Source: Eledone cirrhosa (Eukaryota). From it: a stretch of DNA of 64,000 bases. The number at the start of each line of letters is the position of its first letter. The first letter of the stretch is position 1. The notes beneath the pieces were generated by a model. The model saw nothing but the letters and a program-made list of their open reading frames with translations, was not told the DNA's origin and did not search any database. A program made the translations under genes and the position numbers. The DNA lies in assembly GCA_964016885.1 (NCBI GenBank), contig OZ024743.1, forward strand, positions 260,400,001 to 260,464,000, read 5' to 3'. Of this stretch, positions 50,201-62,900 are shown piece by piece.

Positions 50201-53200
50201 TGTAGCGTTGTGTACTGTAGTGTTGTGTACTGTAGTGTTGTGTACTGTAGTGTTGTCTAGTGTAGTGTTGTGTACTGTAGTGTTGTGTACTGTAGTGTTG
50301 TGTACTGTAGTGTTGTATACTGTAGTGTTGTCTAGTGTAGTGTTGTGTAATGTAGTGTTGTGTACTGTAGTGTTGTGTAATGTAGTGTTGTGTACTGTAG
50401 TGTTGTGTACTGTAGTGTTGTGTACTGTAGTGTTGTCTAGTGTAGTGTTGTGTAATGTAGCGTTGTGTACTGTAGTGTTGTGTACTGTAGTGTTGTGTAC
50501 TGTAGTGTTGTCTAGTGTAGTGTTGTGTAATGTAGCGTTGTGTACTGTAGTGTTGTGTACTGTAGTGTTGTGTACTGTAGTGTTGTGTACTGTAGTGTTG
50601 TCTAGTGTAGTGTTGTGTACTATAGTGTTGTGTACTGTAGTGTTGTGTACTGTAGTGTTGTGTACTGTAGTGTTGTGTACTGTAGTGTTGTGTACTGTAG
50701 TGTTGTGTACTGTAGTGTTGTGTAATGTAGTGTTGTGTACTGTAGTGTTGTCTAGTGTAGTGTTGTGTATTGTAGTGTTGTGTACTGTAGTGTTGTCTAG
50801 TGTAGTGTTGTGTACTGTAGTGTTGTGTAATGTAGTGTTGTGTACTGTAGTGTTGTCTAGTGTAGTGTTGTGTAATGTAGTGTTGTGTACTGTAGTTTTG
50901 TGTACTGTAGTGTTGTGTACTGTAGTGTTGTGTACTGTAGTGTTGTGTACTGTAGTGTTATGTAATGTGGTGTTGTGTACTGTAGTGTTGTGTACTGTAG
51001 TGTTGTGTACTGTAGTGTTGTGTACTGTAGTGTTGTGTACTGTAGTGTTGTGTAATGTGGTGTTGTGTACTGTAGTGTTGTGTAATGTAGTGTTGTGTAC
51101 TGTAGTGTTGTCTAGTGTAGTGTTGTGTAACGTAGTGTTGTGTACTGTAGTGTTGTCTAGTGTAGTGTTTTGTAATGTAGTGTTGTGTACTGTACTGTTG
51201 TGTACTGTAGTGTTGTGTACTGTAGTGTTGTGTAATGTAGTGTTGTGTACTGTAGTGTTGTCTAGTGTAGTGTTGTGTACTGTAGTGTTGTGTACTGTAG
51301 TGTTGTCTAGTGTAGTGTTGTGTAATGTAGTGTTGTGTACTGTAGTGTTGTGTAATGTGGTGTTATGTACTGTAGTGTTGTGTACTGTAGTGTTGTGTAA
51401 TGTGGTGTTGTGTACTGTAGTGTTGTATAATGTAGTGTTGTCTAGTGTAGTGTTGTGTAATGTAGTGTTGTGTACTGTAGTGTTGTGTAATGTAGTGTTG
51501 TGTAATGTGGTGTTGTGTACTGTAGTGTTGTGTACTGTAGTGTTGTCTAGTGTAGTGTTGTGTACTGTAGTGTTGTGTAATGTAGTGCTGTGTAATGTAG
51601 TGTTGTGTACTGTAGTGTTGTGTAATGTAGTATTGTGTACTGTAGTGTTGTGTAATGTAGTGGTGTGTACTGTAGTGTTGTGTAATGTAGTGTTGTGTAA
51701 TGTGGTGCTGTGTACTGTAGTGTTGTGTAATGTAGTGTTGTGTAATGTGGTGCTGTGTACTGTAGTGTTGTGTAATGTAGTGTTGTGTAATGTAGTGCTG
51801 TGTAATGTAGTGTTGTGTAATGTAGTGTTGTGTACTGTAGTGTTGTGTTGTGTAATGTAGTGTTGTGTACTGTAGTGTTGTGTAATGTAGTGTTGTGTAA
51901 TGTGGTGTTGTGTACTGTAGTGTTGTGTACTGTAGTGTTGTCTAGTGTAGTGTTGTGTACTGTAGTGTTGTGTAATGTAGTGTTGTGTAATGTAGTGCTG
52001 TGTAATGTAGTGTTGTGTACTGTAGTGTTGTGTAATGTAGTGTTGTGTACTGTAGTGTTGTGTAATGTAGTGTTGTGTACTGTAGTGTTGTGTAATGTAG
52101 TGTTGTGTAATGTGGTGCTGTGTACTGTAGTGTTGTGTAATGTAGTGTTGTGTAATGTGGTGCTGTGTACTGTAGTGTTGTGTAATGTAGTGTTGTGTAA
52201 TGTAGTGCTGTGTAATGTCGTGTTGTGTACTGTAGTGTTGTGTACTGTAGTGTTGTGTACTGTAGTGTTGTGTAATGTGGTGTTGTGTAATGTAGTGTTG
52301 TGTAATGTGGTGTTGTGTACTGTAGTGTTGTGTACTGTAGTGTTGTGTACTCTAGTGTTGTGTAATCTAGTGTTGTGTAATGTGGTGTTGTGTACTGTAG
52401 TGTTGTGTACTGTAGTGTTGTGTACTGTAGTGTTTTCTAGTGTAGTGTTGTGTAATGTCGCGTTGTGTACTGTAGTGTTGTGTAATGTAGTGTTGTGTAC
52501 TGTAGTGTTGTGTACTGTGGTGTTGTGTAATGTAGTGTTGTGTAGTGTTACGTAACGTTGTGTAATGTAGTGTTGTGTAATGTAGTGCTGTGTAATGTGG
52601 TGTTGTGTACTGTAATGTAGTGGTATGTAGTGTTGTGTAATGTAGTGTTGCGTAATGTAGTGTTGTGTAATCTAGTGTTGTGTAATCTAGTGTTATGTAA
52701 TTCAGTGTTGTGTAATGTAGTGTTGTGTCATGCAGTTGTATGTAATGTAGTGTTGTGTCATGTAGTGTTGTGTAATATAGTGTTGTGTATTGTAGTGTAG
52801 TGTACTGTAGTGTTGTGTAATGTAGTGTAGTGAAATGTGGTGTTGTGTACGGTAGTGTAGAGTTATGTAGTGTTGTGTAATGTACTGTAGTGTTGTGTAC
52901 TATAGTGTTGTGTAATGTAATGTTGTGTAGTGTAGTGTACTGTACTGTAATGTACCGTAGTGTAGTGTAATGCAATGTAGTGTAGTGTAGTGTACTGTAG
53001 TGTAATGTAGTGTAGTGAAATGTAGTGTAGTGTAGTGTAGTGTTGTGTAATGTAGTGTTGTGTACTGTAGTGTAGTGTAATGTAGTGTAATTTAGTGTAC
53101 TGTACTGTTGTGTAATGTAGTGTAGTGTAATGTTGTGGACTGTAGTGTAGTGTAATGTAGTGTTGTGTAATGTAGTGTTGTGTAATGTAGTGTTGTGTAG

Positions 53201-54402
53201 TGTAGTGTACTGTGGTTTAGTGTAGTGTAATGTAATGTAATGTAGTGTACTGTAGTGTACTGTAGTGTACTGTAGTCTTGTGTACTGTAGTGTAGTGTTG
53301 TGTACTGTAGTATAGTGTAGTGTAATGTAGTGCTATGTAATGTAGTGGTGTGTAGTGTTGTGTTGTGTAATGTAGTGTAGTGTAGCGTTGTGTAATGTAG
53401 TGGTGTGTAGTGTTGTGTTGTGTAATGTAGTGTTGTGTAATGTAGTGGTGTGTAGTGTAGTGTTGTGTTGTGTAATGCAGGGTTGTATTGTGTAATGTAA
53501 TGTTGTGTAATGTAGTGTAGTGTAGTGTAGTGTACTGTAATGTAGTGTAATGTATTGTACTGAAATGTAGTGTAGTATAGTGTTGTGTAGTGTAGTGTTG
53601 TGTACTGTAGTGTTGTGTAATGTAGTGTTGTGTAGTGTAGTGTAGTGTACTGTACTGTAGTGTAATGTACCGTAGTGTAGTGTAATGTAATGTAGTGTAG
53701 TGTACTGTAGTGTAGTGTAATGTAGTGTTGTGTACTGTAGTGTTGTGTAATGTAGTGTTGTGTAGTGTAGTGTACTGTACTGTAATGTACCGTAGTGTAG
53801 TGTAATGTAATGTAGTGTAGTGTAGTGTAGTGTAGTGTAGTGTACTGTAGTGTAATGTAGGGTTGTGTAATGTAGTGTAGTGTAGTGTTGTGTAATGTGG
53901 TGTTGTGTACTGTAGTGTAGTGTAATGTAGTGTAGTGTAGTGTAGTGTAGTGTAATGTAGTGTAGTGTAGTGTAGTGTAGTGTAGTGTACTGTACTGTTG
54001 TTGAGTGTTGTGTTGTGTAATGTCGTGTAGTGTAGTTTAGTGTAATGTAGTGTAGTGCAATGTTGTCTAGTGTTATTTAATGTTGTGTAGTGTACTGTAG
54101 TGTTGTGTAGTGTAGTGTAGTGTAGTGTAGTGTAGTGGTGTGTACTGTAGCGTACTGTACTGTAGTATTGTGTACTGTACTATTGTGTACTGTAGTGTAG
54201 CGGAGTGTACTTTACTGTAATGTAGTGTTGTGTACTGTACTGTAGTCTACTGTTGTGTACTGTAGCGTGTAATGTAGTGTAATTAATTTGTGTACTATAG
54301 TTTTGTATACTGTACTGTAGTGTAATGTAGTATTGTGTACTGTAGTGTAGAGTAATGTAGTGTGATTTAGTGTTGTGTAGAGTAGTGTTGTGTAATGTAG
54401 TA
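29220..54402 (+). repeat. ~25-kb satellite, 15-bp unit GTAGTGTTGTGTACT (variants ..GTAAT, ..CTAGT), ~1550 regular units to ~52550, then a degenerate pentamer zone
   Basis: Strict 15-bp periodicity; phase slips at ~31061, ~35950 and ~51845; 5-bp periodicity after ~52550. Confidence 0.99.
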
Positions 54403-54604
54403 TTTTTTTATTATTTTTATATGAATTTTGTGCGAGAACCATCTTTTCGTTTGTCTTTTTTGATATATATGCATTATTGTGTTTCACGCTCTATTGTTAG
54501 CCTCGTCACCACATCTGATAGAATGCCTTTAATTGCCTAATTTCTTATTTCTATCATCACTGTACAGGCCTTTATGCACGAACCTACGTCTGTTTGTATG
54601 GCGG

Positions 54605-54900
54605 ACCAGGTCATCTGTTAGTACTGTTTACTAACAGGTCATCTGTTCGTATTGTTTAGTACCAGGTCATCTGTTAGTATTGTTTAGTACCAGGTCATCT
54701 GTTAGTATTGTTTAGTACCATGTCATCTGTTAGTATTGTTTAGTACCAGGTCATCTGTTAGTACTGTTTAGTACCAGGTCATCTGTTAGTACTGTTTAGT
54801 ACCAGATCATCTGTTAGTATTGTTTAGTACCAGGTCATCTGTTAGTATCGTTTAGTACCAGATCATCTGTTAGTATCGTTTAGTACCAGATCATCTGTTA
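54605..54900 (-). repeat. Short array (~10 units) of the 28-bp satellite in inverted orientation
   Basis: ACCAGGTCATCTGTTAGTATTGTTTAGT repeats are the reverse complement of the unit at 56925-64000. Confidence 0.97.
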
Positions 54901-55990
54901 TTGAGCAAATCTGTAATTAAAGACATTCAAGCCATGCCTATATCATCAATGACTATAATATCCAACGTGTCGCTTTTGTGAAGGTTGATCTTGTCTAAAG
55001 TATAATTGGTTACTATTTCTAGCAGGTTAAACACTACATAGTGCTCACTCAGATATAAACAAGTGGTGTGATTGGAAGCATCACTCAGTGTGCATTTATT
55101 GATATCTATTGCTTCGATCTCTTAAGTACTCGAAGACGTAATCTGCATGGACTTGGACTTGAACCTAAAACGGAATAGAACGAAATTACACCGGTAATGT
55201 TATCGCTCGCCTTTTCTAGTAATAGCAGCCAAATCTCCCTCAAATTTCACCTTACTGTCTTAAAAAAGGTAAGCGACATGGTATTCTCGAGTAATTTTCA
55301 ATTTAACAATGATTTTTATGAATTCAATTATTTATTTATTTATTTACTCAATTTAGACTTCCATATAGAGCTAGTAAGCCATCATAGACTAGGGGAAGTA
55401 TCGAGTACTCCTTAGAGTTGAGGATCAAAAAGAGCTAGTTAGACAAGTAATTAAAAAAAAAGGAAAAACAATAAAATGAAATAAAAATATAATTTCAGAT
55501 ATTGAAGGCTAATGAGAGGCAGATTATTCATAAGAAAAGGAGAAAAAATAGAAAAGAGGAAACAAGGGAAGCTGTAAAAGCGCTAGAAGTTTCTGTTGTT
55601 GAAGATTTTGTTGATATTTGGTTGTTGACCTGTAATCATATATTTATGATAAAATTAATATGTAAACAACATTTAAAATTCTGATGCATCTGTTTTATCA
55701 TAGATACTCACCAAGTCAATTATAAAGTTATATTAATTAAAAAAGAAAATAATTGTAGCATGTTTCTTTTATTGGGACGTGTAAAAGCTACTGTTTATTT
55801 AACTAAATCTATTTCCATAGATGACATGCGGTTTTATTATAAATTATCCGATTGAGAGCATAATTGTAGACAGTTGCAAACCTAAATCTAGAATAGACTA
55901 AGGCAGGACAGATTATGTACTTAATAAGATTTCATCTTAAACATTAAAACACCCAGGAATCCATCTCTCTGTACGTCCGTCCATCTGAGC

Positions 55991-56530
55991 GGTCCGCCAT
56001 ACAAACAGACGTAGGTTCGTGCATAAAGTGATGATAGAAATAAGAAATTAGACAAACCTTCCAGGAGATAAGGCAGAATAGACTTCAGTGGGGGTCGAAC
56101 ACAGAGCAGAGAAGGCAGAAATAAATACTTAAGGCATTCTATCAGATGTGGTGACGATGCTAACAATAGAGCGTTAAACAAAATAATTGTTTCTACTTTT
56201 TGGCACAAGGCCAGCAATTACCCAGTACATTACTGGTACTTTATTTTATCGACCCCGTAAGGATGAAAGGCAAAGTTAACCTCGGCGGGATTTGAACTCA
56301 GACCGTAAAGGGACATAACTATGCTGGAAAGCATGGCGTCCGACTCACTACCGATACTGCCAATCTAACGAGCGTTAAACACAACAATGCATATATATCA
56401 GAAAAGAAAAACAAATAGATGGGTTCTCTCACAAAATTCATAGAACATAATTACACAATACTACATTACACAACACTACTTTACACAACACTAAATCACA
56501 CTACATTCCTCTACACTACAGTACACAAAA
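55991..56530 (-). repeat. Inverted, diverged duplicate of ~54330-54607
   Basis: ggtccgccatacaaacagacgtaggttcgtgcataaag, aaggcattctatcagatgtggtgacga and tgcatatatatca...cacaaaattcata all match the reverse complement of the left copy. Confidence 0.92.
56181..56369 (-). mobile_element. Full-length tRNA-SINE with a 12-bp target-site duplication
   Basis: TSD GAGCGTTAAACA at 56169-56180 and 56370-56381; body nearly matches copy 2846-3038. Confidence 0.95.
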
Positions 56531-56925
56531 CTAAATTACACTGAATTACACTACACTACACTACAGAACACAACATTACATTACACAACATTACAGTACA
56601 CTACAGTTCAGTACACTACAATACAGTACACTACACTACATTATACAATACATTACACAACATTACATTACACAACACTACAGTACACAACACTACACAA
56701 CACTACAGTACACTACATTACAGTATACAACACTACATTACACAACACTACATTACACAACACTATAGTACACAACATTACACAACACTACATTACACTA
56801 CATTACAGTACACAACACTACAATACAGTACACAACACTACATTACACAACACTACACTACACTCCACTACACAACACTACACTACACAACACTAGACAA
56901 CACTACACAACACAATATTACATTG
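56450..56925 (-). repeat. Short degenerate copy of the 15-bp/pentamer satellite in inverted orientation
   Basis: acacaacactacagtacacaacactacatt units. Confidence 0.93.
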
Positions 56926-59900
56926 TAGCAGTACTAACAGATGACCTGGTATTAAACAGTACTAACAGATGACATGGTACTAAACAATACTAACAGATGA
57001 CCTGGTACTAAACAGTACTAACAGATGGCATTGTACTAAACAATACTAACAGATGACATGGTACAAACAATACTAACAGATGACATGGTACTAAACAGTA
57101 CTAACAGATGACATGGTACTAAACAGTACTAACAGATGACATTGTACTAAACAATACTAACAGATGACATGGTACAAACAATACTAACAGATGACATGGT
57201 ACTAAACAGTACTAACAGATGACATGGTACTAAACAATACTAACAGATGAGATGGTACTAAACAATACTAACAGGTGGCCTGATACTAAACAATACTAAC
57301 AGATGACATGGTACTAAACAATACTAACAGATGAGCTCGTAGTAAACAATACTAACAGATGACATGGTACTAAACAATACTAACAAATATGACATGGTAC
57401 TAAACAATACTAACAGATGGCCTGGTACTAAGCAATACTAACAGATGACCTGGTACTAAACAATACTAACAGATGGCCTGGTACTAAACAATACTAACAG
57501 ATGACATGGTACTAAACAATACTAACAGATGAGCTCGTAGTAAACAATACTAACAGATGGCATGGTACTAAACAATACTAACAAATATGACATGGTACTA
57601 AACAATACTAACAGATGACATTGTACTAAACAATACTAACAGATGAGATGGTACTAAACAATACTAACAGATGGATCGGTACTAAACAATACTAACAGAT
57701 GGCCTGGTACTAAACAATACTGACAGATGACATGGTACTAAACAATACTAACAGATGACCTGGTACTAAACAATACTAACAGATGACCTGGTACTAAACA
57801 ATACTAACAGATGGCCTGGTACTAAACAATACTAACAGATGGCCTGGTACTAAACAATACTAACAGATGACATGGTACTAAACAATACTAACAGATGACC
57901 GGGTACTAAACAATACTAACAGATAGCCTGGTACTAAACAATACTAACAGATGACATGGTACTAAACAATACTAACAGATGGCCTGGTACTAAACAATAC
58001 TAACAGATGGCCTGGTACTAAACAATACTAACAGATGACCTGGTACTAAACAATACTAACAGATGGCCTGGTACTAAACAATACTAACAGATGATCTGGT
58101 ACTAAACAATGCTAACAGATGACATTGTACTAAACAATACTAACAGATGAGATGGTACTAAACAATACTAACAGATGGATCGGTACTAAACAATACTAAC
58201 AGATGGCCTGGTACTAAACAATACTAACAGATGACATGGTACTAAACAATACTAACAGATGACCTGGTACTAAACAATACTAACAGATGACCTGGTACTA
58301 AACAATACTAACAGATGACATGGTACTAAACAATACTCACAGATGACCTGGTACTAAACAATACTAACAGATGACATGGTACTAAACAATACTAACTGAC
58401 GACCTGGTACTAAACAATACTAACAGATGACATGGTACTAAACAATACTAACAGATGACCTGGTACTAAACAATACTAACAGATGACCTGGTACTAAACA
58501 ATACGAACAGATGACCTGGTACTAAACAATACTAACAGATGGCCTGGTACTAAACAATACTAACAGATGACCTGGTACTAAACAATACTAACAGATGGCC
58601 TGGTACTAAACAATACTAACAGATGACCTGGTCCTAAACAATACGAACAGATGACCTGGTACTAAACAATACTAACAGATGACCTGGTACTAAACAATAC
58701 GAACAGATGGCCTGGTACTAAACAATACTAACAGATGACCTGGTCCTAAACAATACGAACAGATGACCTGGTACTAAACAATACTAACAGATGGCCTGGT
58801 ACTAAACAATACTAACAGATGACCTGGTACTAAACAATACTAACGGATGGCCTGGTACTAAACAATACTAACAGATGACCTGGTACTAAACAATACGAAC
58901 AGATGACCTGGTACTAAACAATACTAACGGATGGCCTGGTACTAAACAATAGTAACAGATGACCTGGTACTAAACAATACTAACAGATGACCTGGTACTA
59001 AACAATACTAACAGATGACATGGTACTAAACAATACTCACAGATGACCTGGTACTAAACAATACGAACAGATGACCTGGTACTAAACAATACTAACAGAT
59101 GGCCTGGTACTAAACAATACTAACAGATGACCTGGTACTAAACAATACTAACAGATGTCATGGTACTAAACAATACTCACAGATGACCTGGTACTAAACA
59201 ATACTAACAGATGACATGGTACTAAACAATACTAACTGACGACCTGGTACTAAACAATACTAACAGATGACATGGTACTAAACAATACTAACAGATGACC
59301 TGGTACTAAACAATACTAACAGATGACCTGGTACTAAACAATACGAACAGATGACCTGGTACTAAACAATACTAACAGATGGCCTGGTACTAAACAATAC
59401 TAACAGATGACCTGGTACTAAACAATACTAACAGATGGCCTGGTACTAAACAATACTAACAGATGACCTGGTCCTAAACAATACTAACAGATGACCTGGT
59501 ACTAAACAATACTAACAGATGGCCTGGTACTAAACAATACTAACAGATGACCTGGTACTAAACAATACTAACAGATGGCCTGGTACTAAACAATACTAAC
59601 AGATGACCTGGTACTAAACAATACTAACAGATGACCTGGTACTAAACAATACTAACAGATGGCCTGGTACTAAACAATACTAACAGATGACCTGGTACTA
59701 AACAATACTAACAGATGGCCTGGTACTAAACAATACTAACAGATGACCTGGTACTAAACAATACGAACAGATGACCTGGTACTAAACAATACTAACAGAT
59801 GACCTGGTACTAAACAATACGAACAGATGACCTGGTACTAAACAATACTAACAGATGGCCTGGTACTAAACAATACTAACAGATGACCTGGTACTAAACA

Positions 59901-62900
59901 ATACTAACAGATGACATGGTATTAAACAATACTCAGATGACATGGTACTAAACAATACTAACAGATGGCCTGGTACTAAACAATACTAACAGATGGCCTG
60001 GTACTAAACAATACTAACAGATGACCTGGTACTAAACAATACTAACAGATGACATGGTACTAAACAATACTCACAGATGACATGGTACTAAACAATACTA
60101 ACAGATGGATCGGTACTAAACAATACTAACAGATGACATTGTACTAAACAATACTAACAGATGACATGGTACAAACAATACTAACAGATGACATGGTACT
60201 AAACAGTACTAACAGATGACATGGTACTAAACAATACTAACAGATGAGCTCGTAGTAAACAATACTAACAGATGACATGGTACTAAACAATACTAACAAA
60301 TATGACATGGTACTAAACAATACTAACAGATGGCCTGGTACTAAGCAATACTAACAGATGACCTGGTACTAAACAATACTAACAGATGGCCTGGTACTAA
60401 ACAATACTAACAGATGACATGGTACTAAACAATACTAACAGATGAGCTCGTAGTAACCAATACTAACAGATGACATGGTACTAAACAATACTAACAAATA
60501 TGACATGGTACTAAACAATACTAACAGATGACATTGTACTAAACAATACTAACAGATGAGATGGTACTAAACAATACTAACAGATGGATCGGTACTAAAC
60601 AATACTAACAGATGGCCTGGTACTAAACAATACTGACAGATGACATGGTACTAAACAATACTAACAGATGACCTGGTACTAAACAATACTAACAGATGAC
60701 CTGGTACTAAACAATACTAACAGATGGCCTGGTACTAAACAATACTAACAGATGGCCTGGTACTAAACAATACTAACAGATGACATGGTACTAAACAATA
60801 CTAACAGATGACCGGGTACTAAACAATACTAACAGATAGCCTGGTACTAAACAATACTAACAGATGACATGGTACTAAACAATACTAACAGATGGCCTGG
60901 TACTAAACAATAGTAACAGATGGCCTGGTACTAAACAATACTAACAGATGACCTGGTACTAAACAATACTAACAGATGGCCTGGTACTAAACAATACTAA
61001 CAGATGATCTGGTACTAAACAATGCTAACAGATGACATTGTACTAAACAATACTAACAGATGAGATGGTACTAAACAATACTAACAGATGGATCGGTACT
61101 AAACAATACTAACAGATGGCCTGGTACTAAACAATACTAACAGATGACATGGTACTAAACAATACTAACAGATGACCTGGTACTAAACAATACTAACAGA
61201 TGACCTGGTACTAAACAATACTAACAGATGACATGGTACTAAACAATACTCACAGATGACCTGGTACTAAACAATACTAACAGATGACCTGGTACTAAAC
61301 AATACTAACTGACGACCTGGTACTAAACAATACTAATAGATGACATGGTACTAAACAATACTAACAGATGACCTGGTACTAAACAATACTAACAGATGAC
61401 CTGGTACTAAACAATACGAACAGATGACCTGGTACTAAACAATACTAACAGATGGCCTGGTACTAAACAATACTAACAGATGACCTGGTACTAAACAATA
61501 CTAACAGATGGCCTGGTACTAAACAATACTAACAGATGACCTGGTCCTAAACAATACGAACAGATGACCTGGTACTAAACAATACTAACAGATGACCTGG
61601 TACTAAACAATACTAACAGATGGCCTGGTACTAAACAATACTAACAGATGACCTGGTCCTAAACAATACGAACAGATGACCTGGTACTAAACAATACTAA
61701 CAGATGGCCTGGTACTAAACAATACTAACAGATGACCTGGTACTAAACAATACTAACAGATGGCCTGGTACTAAACAATACTAACAGATGACCTGGTACT
61801 AAACAATACGAACAGATGACCTGGTACTAAACAATACTAACGGATGGCCTGGTACTAAACAATAGTAACAGATGACCTGGTACTAAACAATACTAACAGA
61901 TGACCTGGTACTAAACAATACTAACAGATGACATGGTACTAAACAATACTCACAGATGACCTGGTACTAAACAATACGAACAGATGACCTGGTACTAAAC
62001 AATACTAACAGATGGCCTGGTACTAAACAATACTAACAGATGACCTGGTACTAAACAATACTAACAGATGTCATGGTACTAAACAATACTAACAGATGAC
62101 ATGGTACTAAACAATACTAACAGATGACCTGGTACTAAACAATACTAACAGATGACCTGGTACTAAACAATACGAACAGATGACCTGGTACTAAACAATA
62201 CTAACAGATGGCCTGGTACTAAACAATACTAACAGATGACCTGGTACTAAACAATACTAACAGGTGGCCTGGTACTAAACAATACTAACAGATGACCTGG
62301 TCCTAAACAATACTAACAGATGACCTGGTACTAAACAATACTAACAGATGGCCTGGTACTAAACAATACTAACAGATGACCTGGTACTAAACAATACTAA
62401 CAGATGGCCTGGTACTAAACAATACTAACAGATGACCTGGTACTAAACAATACGAACAGATGACCTGGTACTAAACAATACTAACAGATGGCCTGGTACT
62501 AAACAATACTAACAGATGACCTGGTACTAAACAATACTAACAGATGGCCTGGTACTAAACAATACTAACAGATGACCTGGTACTAAACAATACTAACAGA
62601 TGGCCTGGTACTAAACAATACTAACAGATGGCCTGGTACTAAACAATACTAACAGATGACCTGGTACTAAACAATACTAACAGATGACATGGTACTAAAC
62701 AATACTCACAGATGACATGGTACTAAACAATACTAACAGATGGATCGGTACTAAACAATACTAACAGATGACATTGTACTAAACAATACTAACAGATGAC
62801 ATGGTACAAACAATACTAACAGATGACATGGTACTAAACAGTACTAACAGATGACATGGAACTAAACAATACTAACAGATGAGATGGTACTAAACAATAC

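Noticed and set aside
29327-52555. Very long Val/Leu/Cys ORFs (up to 1771 aa)
   Set aside because: They are translations of a 15-bp satellite, start at GTG/TTG inside repeats, and are interrupted by recurrent stops and frame slips
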